From assembly GCA_046497275.1 (NCBI GenBank), contig JAWOFX010000138.1, forward strand, positions 1 through 7,617: a stretch of DNA of 7,617 nt, read 5' to 3'. Positions 1-5,506 of this stretch are shown piece by piece; the first letter of the stretch is position 1, and every line of letters starts with the position of its first letter. This DNA is from Promethearchaeia archaeon (GTDB lineage: Archaea > Asgardarchaeota > Lokiarchaeia > Sigyniarchaeales > SOKP01). The notes under the pieces are model-generated. The model saw only the letters and a program-made list of their open reading frames with translations, was not told the origin of the DNA and did no database searches. Position numbers and translations under genes: made by a program.

Positions 1-2
1 CA

Positions 3-302
3 AAAGAAACATTGGGATTTACCAAAGATTTAAGTTCTGTGATCCAGGATTTTCTTATCAAGAAATATGATCTTTCAAACTTAAATCAGATTGAAGATAT
101 CAAACAACAGTTAATGAATCGAAGAGTTTTAATAATAAATGCTCAAAAGATTTTAGACGATGGCAAGATCCAAATCTTGGACTTGAAAAGAGCTATCGAT
201 GATCTAAAAAAGTTTTTAAGACAAAATGGGGGATCTCTTGGTAGGATTGGAGATAAATATCTTATATTAACACCGAACTCTCATATAAGAATTTCAAACT
301 GA
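3..302 (+). CDS. sepF: Archaeal-type cell division protein SepF (DUF552-like), 5'-truncated by the window edge
   Basis: The frame is open from position 3 (K-E-T-L-G-F-T-K...) to TGA at 300-302, so the TTG at 12 is probably not the true start. The C-terminus RRVLIINAQKI...LKRAIDDLKKFLRQNGGSLGRIGDKYLILTPNSHIRI resembles, from memory, the archaeal SepF core (hydrophobic strand, helix, GG-x-hydrophobic, then YLILTP and a basic end). Confidence 0.75.
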   Translation, partial: KETLGFTKDLSSVIQDFLIKKYDLSNLNQIEDIKQQLMNRRVLIINAQKILDDGKIQILDLKRAIDDLKKFLRQNGGSLGRIGDKYLILTPNSHIRISN

Positions 303-351
303 TTTATAATTCTTAATACATAAAATAAAGAGAGATTAACATTATCGAGTT

Positions 352-377
352 TGGTTTATAAACACAAAAAAACCACG
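352..377 (-). terminator. Candidate oligo-T terminator for the dehydratase operon, in the convergent gap with sepF
   Basis: On the minus strand a T7 tract (A7 at 366-372 on +) follows the TAG stop at 378-380 within a few nt. A short inverted repeat TGGTTT (352-357) / AAACCA (370-375) is present. Archaeal intrinsic terminators are typically oligo-T. Confidence 0.4.
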
Positions 378-1637
378 CTATTTTCTTTGCTCTAGTATCT
401 CGATGAAACTTTCAATTTGATTTGTTATTTGTACCTCATTGAATTTTCTCGGATCGTTCATATCAGCTGTTATTATCAGACACGGTATATCATAATCTTC
501 TTGCAGATGTTTTTTCAAATCATACATACCACATGAATTTGGTCTACAGGAGAGATTATTATGCAAGACCACACCATCAATTTTCCATTCATCTACAGTT
601 TTCTTAAATTCTCTGATTCGTGTTTTTAAATCATAAATATACCAAAAACTGAGCATAAGTTCAGACATTGCTTCTATCGGTTTATTTAATACCATATCTT
701 TAGTGACATTTGGATTCATGTATTTGCTGAATGCGTAAGTGTATGTTTCGTATACTATATTCGCGCCATACCGTTCTAAAGTGCTGAAATACTTCAATGC
801 ATACCAGAAAGGTATCCCTTCAAACATTAGGCGATATTTTTCGTTTTCTAAAGCACCTATTCCGTTTTCGATGCGTTCTTGTGCCTCTCTATACATTCTT
901 TTATATAATCGGATTGGTGCTTTTAAACCCGGCATTGTGAATAGAGGAAAAAGTCCACCAAATGTATCTCGTGTTGAAAGAGGAGAAGGTTCATGCTTCC
1001 TTAACTCAAAAATATCTTGCCAAATTTTTCCCAATTTATAAGAGTTCTCCGCGACCTTCTTGGATTTCTCCATATCAATTTCATGACCAGTAATATCCTT
1101 AACAAACTCAAGAAATTCCCATAATTGCTCCTCAACGTATTTTTTGTAATAATTATATTGTTTTTGGTTCGTATTACTAACCACATGAGGGACATCTATT
1201 GTATAATGAGGCACATTCATTCGTTCTGCTTGGGTTTGAAACCAATCTACGTGTGTGTCGCAAATTACATCACTCGATAACATGAATGTAGGTTTTCTTG
1301 TTCCTCCTTTGATTATATCAGCATTACTTAATACTGCTCCCACATTTGTTTTAAAATATGAGCATAAATCATAGGAAAATCCTTCCTCTTCAGCTAGTTC
1401 AATAAAACCTTTAGAAAGTTTCTGAGCTGCACTCATAGTTGCTGAATTTTCGGGAAGCATTGGTTGCACATCCATCGCGTATAATAACTCCACGGGTGTT
1501 CCCGACGTTGCCCATGCTGTAGGTTTTCCATCTCTATAAGCTTGTTCGATAGCAAGAATATGACGGCCCATTATATTTTTTAAGCCTTGTGTGGCGTCTA
1601 AAGCCTTTCCTTTTCCTTGTTTTTCAATTTTTGACAT
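378..1637 (-). CDS. 2-hydroxyacyl-CoA dehydratase alpha subunit (HadB/HgdA/FldB-like, HGD-D family, [4Fe-4S])
   Basis: 419 aa. Motifs AWATSGTP, MLPEN (Glu equivalent to the proposed acid of HadB), DLCSY, ICD, RLMFEGIPFW, HNNLSCRP and ADMNDPRKF..Q...IESFIE follow clostridial HadB/HgdA as I recall it. Three Cys cluster ligands are present. SD-like GGAGGG at 1651-1646. Confidence 0.88.
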   Translation of the reverse strand: MSKIEKQGKGKALDATQGLKNIMGRHILAIEQAYRDGKPTAWATSGTPVELLYAMDVQPMLPENSATMSAAQKLSKGFIELAEEEGFSYDLCSYFKTNVGAVLSNADIIKGGTRKPTFMLSSDVICDTHVDWFQTQAERMNVPHYTIDVPHVVSNTNQKQYNYYKKYVEEQLWEFLEFVKDITGHEIDMEKSKKVAENSYKLGKIWQDIFELRKHEPSPLSTRDTFGGLFPLFTMPGLKAPIRLYKRMYREAQERIENGIGALENEKYRLMFEGIPFWYALKYFSTLERYGANIVYETYTYAFSKYMNPNVTKDMVLNKPIEAMSELMLSFWYIYDLKTRIREFKKTVDEWKIDGVVLHNNLSCRPNSCGMYDLKKHLQEDYDIPCLIITADMNDPRKFNEVQITNQIESFIEILEQRK

Positions 1638-1645
1638 ATTTTTAA

Positions 1646-1651
1646 CCCTCC
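1646..1651 (-). promoter_or_regulatory. Shine-Dalgarno-like GGAGGG for the alpha subunit
   Basis: CCCTCC on + at 1646-1651, 8 nt upstream of the ATG at 1637 and within the 17-nt gap after the beta-subunit stop. Confidence 0.65.
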
Positions 1652-1654
1652 ATT

Positions 1655-2695
1655 CTATATAATTTCGGCAAAAGCTTCAAACCTCGTCCTTAATTGTTTA
1701 TACGCTTCAGAATCATATTCTTTCTCAAGAAATAGATATGGAATACCTTTTTCTTTAAATTTTTTACTCATAAATGGATGATCATAAAGGATGGTTTCAC
1801 AAAACTTTTGAGCAATATTAATAATACCATCCACCTTATATTTTTCAGCTAATTTTTCAATAAACTCATATCGGGAATGTGAAGGAATTTTAGTGGAATA
1901 TATTGGTTTATTAAAATGATAATCTGCAAGCGCATCAATAGGATCGGCTTGCGATTCATCAATATTTTTCATAAAATAATGTAATCCAATACACAAATCA
2001 TCAACGACTATTTGATAACCAGATTCCTCCATATGCTCAAGAAAAGAGGTATCATCGATGAGAGATCCTGTTAAAAGTATTTTTTTAAGATAATTATTTG
2101 AAAAGGGTTCTTTAGATTGAAGAGTTTCCAACTCTTTTTGTAACATTTCTAAGGCTTCCTTTCTGTTGCTTGTCATAACATCTTTAATGATTTGATGAAA
2201 TTCTGAACCTTTTAAGATCATTTTATTACGATATTCTGAGATCTCCTTCAAGAGATTGCGAATCTTATTCACTAAACGAATATTTTCCCAGATTTTTTCA
2301 TCTGAGATTTCTATATTAAAATAATTCTCCATATGGTCTCTCAATTCTTTCATATCGTCAATGTAAAACTCTTTCGCTATTTCAGTTCTTTTAAGGGGAC
2401 AATTCAGAAAATGCATAAAATCTATGTCTACACAATCTAACCATATATCAAATTGTCTATTTGTACAATCACATCCATGAACAGAGACAATTCCTACTAT
2501 ATCATTATCAAAACCCCTTAAACCTTGCTCTAAAACATTTCGAGACCACACGCAATGTGTTGCAGGTACATGTTCATCTGCATGTTCATGAGAGATTGTT
2601 GGATCTCCAAATAGCCTATAAGGAATAAATCCTGCTGCGAGAATAAGTTCTTCTGGCATATCAACACAAGTGTCGATAATTCCTATTTTTTTCAT
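1655..2695 (-). CDS. 2-hydroxyacyl-CoA dehydratase beta subunit (HadC/HgdB/FldC-like, HGD-D family)
   Basis: 346 aa. PEELILAAGFIPYRL, HVPATHC, HGCDC, KILLTGS, VVDDLCIG, DGII..AQKFCE and GIPYLFLE..Y..Q.RTRFEAFAE are typical of this family. It lies 17 nt upstream of the alpha subunit on the same strand. Confidence 0.85.
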   Translation of the reverse strand: MKKIGIIDTCVDMPEELILAAGFIPYRLFGDPTISHEHADEHVPATHCVWSRNVLEQGLRGFDNDIVGIVSVHGCDCTNRQFDIWLDCVDIDFMHFLNCPLKRTEIAKEFYIDDMKELRDHMENYFNIEISDEKIWENIRLVNKIRNLLKEISEYRNKMILKGSEFHQIIKDVMTSNRKEALEMLQKELETLQSKEPFSNNYLKKILLTGSLIDDTSFLEHMEESGYQIVVDDLCIGLHYFMKNIDESQADPIDALADYHFNKPIYSTKIPSHSRYEFIEKLAEKYKVDGIINIAQKFCETILYDHPFMSKKFKEKGIPYLFLEKEYDSEAYKQLRTRFEAFAEII

Positions 2696-2745
2696 AACTA
2701 ATTGCCTAATTTAATTATAATATGATGTTTTTACATATTCTTTAA

Positions 2746-2939
2746 AATATTAAAAATTAATGATGCTCAATTATAGTTTGGGTTTTTAAGATACAAAAGC
2801 AAAATCTATGAATATTATTATAGTTATTGAAGAACTTTATCACCTAATGAAAAATTTTTCATAAAATACATAAAATTGCTTTATTAGAATTCTAAATCTT
2901 AAAAACCCCAAAATATTAATTTAATTGAGTTTTAATATT
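2746..2939. repeat. Nested imperfect inverted repeat spanning the divergent promoter region
   Basis: GGGTTTTTAAGAT (2780-2792) is the exact reverse complement of ATCTTAAAAACCC (2896-2908). Further nested pairs: CTCAATTA (2766-2773) / TAATTGAG (2922-2929), AATATTAAAA (2746-2755) / TTTTAATATT (2930-2939), AAAGCAA (2796-2802) / TTGCTTT (2876-2882). Confidence 0.7.
2847..2862. promoter_or_regulatory. 16-bp perfect palindrome ATGAAAAATTTTTCAT, candidate transcription-factor operator
   Basis: Perfect palindrome read directly, located between the two divergent promoter-like arms. Its function is inferred. Confidence 0.4.
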
Positions 2940-2995
2940 AGTAATCAGATTGAAGTTTAAAATTTTTAAGAGCATTAAAAAAGAGGATCTTAAGA

Positions 2996-3310
2996 GTGGC
3001 AATAAGTAGAACATTATCGAAAGCAATACTTAAAGAAGAAGTACGCATTAAGTTAAAGATTTGGAACACATATCTAACGGGAAAACTTGTAAAATTTGAC
3101 AATTATATGAATTTAATTGTTGAGAATGCGAAAGAGATTTATTTCGGTCGAGGAGGAAAAAGAAGTAAAGATCTTGGAACAGTCATGATTCGAGGCGCAT
3201 CTATTATATTAATTGGACAAGATCGAAAAAAATTATTGTTCACTGAATCTGATTCAGATGAAGAGCATGATAAAAAATTATATCAAAAAGAAGAAGATGA
3301 AGACGATTAA
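2996..3310 (+). CDS. Sm/Lsm (SmAP1-type) RNA-binding protein with acidic C-terminal extension
   Basis: GTG start preceded by GAGGA (2983-2987). Sm1 motif GKLVKFDNYMNLIVENAKE and Sm2 motif LGTVMIRGASII. It lies directly upstream of rpl37e, the conserved archaeal arrangement. Confidence 0.9.
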   Translation: MAISRTLSKAILKEEVRIKLKIWNTYLTGKLVKFDNYMNLIVENAKEIYFGRGGKRSKDLGTVMIRGASIILIGQDRKKLLFTESDSDEEHDKKLYQKEEDEDD

Positions 3311-3314
3311 GTAA

Positions 3315-3321
3315 GAGGTGA
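3315..3321 (+). promoter_or_regulatory. Shine-Dalgarno GAGGTGA for rpl37e
   Basis: Canonical archaeal SD, 6 nt before the ATG at 3328. Confidence 0.8.
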
Positions 3322-3327
3322 AAAATA

Positions 3328-3528
3328 ATGGGAAAAGGTACACCTAGTAAAGGAAAAAAGAATAAGACAGCAACACACACTATTTGTAGACGCTGCGGAA
3401 ATCATTCCTTTAACAGGAGAAAAGGTTTCTGTGCGAGTTGCGGATTTGGTAAATCAGCGAAATTAAGAAACCCATCTTGGCGGAATCGAGTTAAGGCTTC
3501 AAATGGGAATAAAGGTTTTTGCAAATAG
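3328..3528 (+). CDS. rpl37e: 50S ribosomal protein L37e (eL37)
   Basis: [25 protein letters not shown]...K..CASCGFG: N-terminal signature plus the C20/C23/C35/C38 zinc finger. Strong SD and linkage to the Sm gene. Confidence 0.96.
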   Translation: MGKGTPSKGKKNKTATHTICRRCGNHSFNRRKGFCASCGFGKSAKLRNPSWRNRVKASNGNKGFCK

Positions 3529-3595
3529 ATTAAATGGTTTTGGTATATAGTTTAGTATTTAAAGAATATTTTCTCCTTTTATAAAAGCACACATA

Positions 3596-3602
3596 TTTTT
3601 TT
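3596..3602 (+). terminator. Candidate T7 terminator of the Sm-rpl37e transcript
   Basis: Run of 7 T about 70 nt after the rpl37e stop. Function is inferred from archaeal oligo-T termination. Confidence 0.3.
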
Positions 3603-3666
3603 ATATCTGAGTTATTTTAAGTTAAATACAAATATTCATTTAATTCCCAACTAGTATTTGTTTTAA

Positions 3667-4038
3667 ATGGAACAAATTGTAATCGATAGATTAAATGAGG
3701 AACTACGGAAATTAGAATTTACGGGAGGTATTATTGGTACAGCGTTAGTTAAAAAAAATGGATTATTAATTACATCGCGTTTACCTCGAGATATCGATGA
3801 ACGAAAATTCGGTGCGATGGCTGCAACGATACAGGGAGCATTCGAAACTGCAATCAAATATTTTGATAATGAAGGAATAAACCATATAACTATTGAATTG
3901 GAGGATTACCAATTAATAATAATGGGATTAGAAAAAATAATATTGATTTCATTAATGGAATTAAATAAAAATCTAGGCATCGCATTAATAGAAATGGAGC
4001 AAACGATAAATAAATTTAAAAATATATTATATAGATGA
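3667..4038 (+). CDS. Roadblock/LC7 domain protein (MglB/LAMTOR-like fold)
   Basis: 123 aa. GIIGTALVKKNGLLITSRLP..ID...FGAMAATIQGAFE...I.IE.....LII...LG...EM matches the Roadblock pattern (GLL-x-x-S, AAMxA helix, terminal LG helix). Confidence 0.85.
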   Translation: MEQIVIDRLNEELRKLEFTGGIIGTALVKKNGLLITSRLPRDIDERKFGAMAATIQGAFETAIKYFDNEGINHITIELEDYQLIIMGLEKIILISLMELNKNLGIALIEMEQTINKFKNILYR

Positions 4039-4787
4039 AGAATATGCTGAATGAAAAACTATCAGACTTAGATAGATACTCTCGTCAAATATTGTCTGAA
4101 TCAATTGGGGAGGAGGGTCAGAAAAAATTAGGTAAAATTAAAGTACTCCAGATTGGCACAGGAGGATTAGGATCTCCGTGTAGTTTATATTTAACCGCAG
4201 CAGGAATTGGAGAATTAAGAATAATTGATAATGATGTTGTTTCCATATCGAATCTTCAGCGTCAAATTCTGTATAGAGAAGAAGATATCGGTAAAGATAA
4301 GGTTCAGATAGCAAAAGATCGATTATCATCTCTAAATTCTACAGTGACTATCAAAGCTTATAAAGATTATGTGGATGATGAGTCAATTAAAAAATATATT
4401 AACGATATTGATTTCATAATAGATTGTAGCGATAATATGAGAACTAAATTTTTAGTAAATAGGACTGCGGTATCCAATAATATTCGCTCAGTTATTGCTG
4501 GGATAAAAGAATTTTATGGACAAATCCTTACGATCAATCCCGCTAAAAGTGCTTGTTATCAATGTGTATTCTCTGAACCTGAATCTGATAAAGAAGCTGA
4601 AACCCCTCTTCCCGTATTAGGAGTCACCGCTGGAATTTTAGGAACATTGGAAGCATTGGAAGTTATTAAAACAACCTTAGGACTTCCAAATCTGGAAAAT
4701 CAATTATTAATGGTCAATCTTTTAAACATGAGTTTCAATAAAATTAAAGTTGTTAAAGATGAAAATTGTTTTTGTTCTTCAGCATAA
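4035..4787 (+). CDS. ThiF/MoeB/HesA (E1-like) adenylyltransferase
   Basis: DRYSRQ, GTGGLGS (GxGxxG), IDNDVVSISNLQRQ, GKDK, DCSDN, CYQC zinc motif, VLG..AG..G..EA.EVIK and C-terminal ENCFC. ATGA 4-nt overlap with the Roadblock stop. An alternative start at 4044 (M4) is possible. Confidence 0.92.
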   Translation: MKNMLNEKLSDLDRYSRQILSESIGEEGQKKLGKIKVLQIGTGGLGSPCSLYLTAAGIGELRIIDNDVVSISNLQRQILYREEDIGKDKVQIAKDRLSSLNSTVTIKAYKDYVDDESIKKYINDIDFIIDCSDNMRTKFLVNRTAVSNNIRSVIAGIKEFYGQILTINPAKSACYQCVFSEPESDKEAETPLPVLGVTAGILGTLEALEVIKTTLGLPNLENQLLMVNLLNMSFNKIKVVKDENCFCSSA

Positions 4788-4812
4788 TGAATAGAAAAAT
4801 AAGAAAAAATTT

Positions 4813-5373
4813 TTAAAAATAAGAAGGATTTTCTTCAAAAAAATTTTTGAATGCGGTACCATTCTTTACATACTCTCCTGATGTTATTGCTCCTTGTAAT
4901 TTGCCTTTATATATCCCTTCTTTTTTCACAGAGGCAGGTATTCCGACAACTAAGCTTCGAGGGGGGATCTCTTTATTCAACAATACGGCACCAGCTGCTA
5001 AAACTGATCCTTCCCCTAATTTAGATTCGTGTAAGAGATTGGACCCTATTCCTACAATGCATCCATCTTCAATTTCACAAGGACCATGAATCATCGCATG
5101 ATGACCTATTATACAATTTGAACCAATTTTAACAGATTTTCCCGCTTCTAAATGAATAGTAACATTTTCTTGGATGCTAGTATTCTTTCCTACTTTAATA
5201 CTTCCCCAGTCTCCTCTTAATATTGCTCCAAACCATATATTAACACCTTCTGCAAGTTCGACATCTCCAATCACTACAGCATTTGGAGCAATGAAAACAG
5301 AATCATGTATTTTAGGTTCTTTTCCCGTACGAGGGCTTGGCATTATTATTGGCATTTTTAAACGAAAACTCAT
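4813..5373 (-). CDS. Gamma-carbonic-anhydrase family hexapeptide-repeat protein (YrdA/CaiE/PaaY-like)
   Basis: Left-handed beta-helix hexapeptide repeats, IWFGAILRGD, and three metal-ligand His in TIH, GHH and IHG, followed by VGIPA. The start may be M7 at 5355. Confidence 0.88.
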   Translation of the reverse strand: MSFRLKMPIIMPSPRTGKEPKIHDSVFIAPNAVVIGDVELAEGVNIWFGAILRGDWGSIKVGKNTSIQENVTIHLEAGKSVKIGSNCIIGHHAMIHGPCEIEDGCIVGIGSNLLHESKLGEGSVLAAGAVLLNKEIPPRSLVVGIPASVKKEGIYKGKLQGAITSGEYVKNGTAFKNFFEENPSYF

Positions 5374-5389
5374 TAAATAAGTGGTATAA

Positions 5390-5402
5390 AATATAAGTTT
5401 CC
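5390..5402 (-). promoter_or_regulatory. Candidate BRE/TATA (GGAAACTTATATT) for the gamma-CA gene
   Basis: A purine run followed by CTTATAT on the minus strand, about 20-25 nt upstream of the ATG at 5373. This is an AT-rich region, so a chance match is possible. Confidence 0.35.
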
Positions 5403-5506
5403 AAATTTTATTACTTTTCTTGTTTAATTTTAGCTATTTTTAAAAATTCTTTTAATTTTTTAAGAATTATTAATAGTAGAATTAGTAAAGAGGTTTTGAG
5501 TTATTT

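Noticed and set aside
739-1041. 100-aa + strand ORF
   Set aside because: Antisense shadow entirely inside the well-supported dehydratase alpha gene; no recognisable motif.
1001-1195. 64-aa - strand ORF
   Set aside because: Alternative frame inside the alpha-subunit gene; no motif or RBS.
378-2695. Benzoyl-CoA reductase (BcrBC/BzdNO) assignment
   Set aside because: Same fold family, but the alpha-subunit motifs (W-x-TS, PEN, EGIP-x-W, H-x-N-x-SC, D-x-x-DPR) follow HadB/HgdA more closely, and no BcrAD/BzdPQ genes are present. Not fully excluded without a phylogeny.
2696-2995. tRNA, C/D-box sRNA, CRISPR array or IS element in this and the other intergenic regions
   Set aside because: No GC-rich cloverleaf, no exact RUGAUGA...CUGA pair, no regularly spaced direct repeats, and no transposase ORF or target-site duplication.
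3663-3857. 64-aa - strand ORF
   Set aside because: Antisense shadow of the Roadblock gene.
4021-4046. Roadblock-E1 fusion by -1 frameshift or by selenocysteine readthrough of TGA 4036-4038
   Set aside because: The E1 frame has TAG at 4032-4034 immediately before its ATG, blocking a -1 fusion. Readthrough in the Roadblock frame meets another TGA after three codons (AGA ATA TGC TGA). No SECIS-like hairpin was seen.
4138-4329. 63-aa - strand ORF
   Set aside because: Antisense shadow of the ThiF/E1 gene.
4847-5089. 80-aa + strand ORF
   Set aside because: Antisense shadow of the gamma-CA-family gene.
5174-5380. 68-aa + strand ORF
   Set aside because: Antisense shadow of the gamma-CA-family gene.
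5436-5468. Palindrome ATTTTTAAAAAT and short inverted repeat AATTCTT/AAGAATT upstream of pscS
   Set aside because: Almost purely A/T and expected by chance at this base composition.
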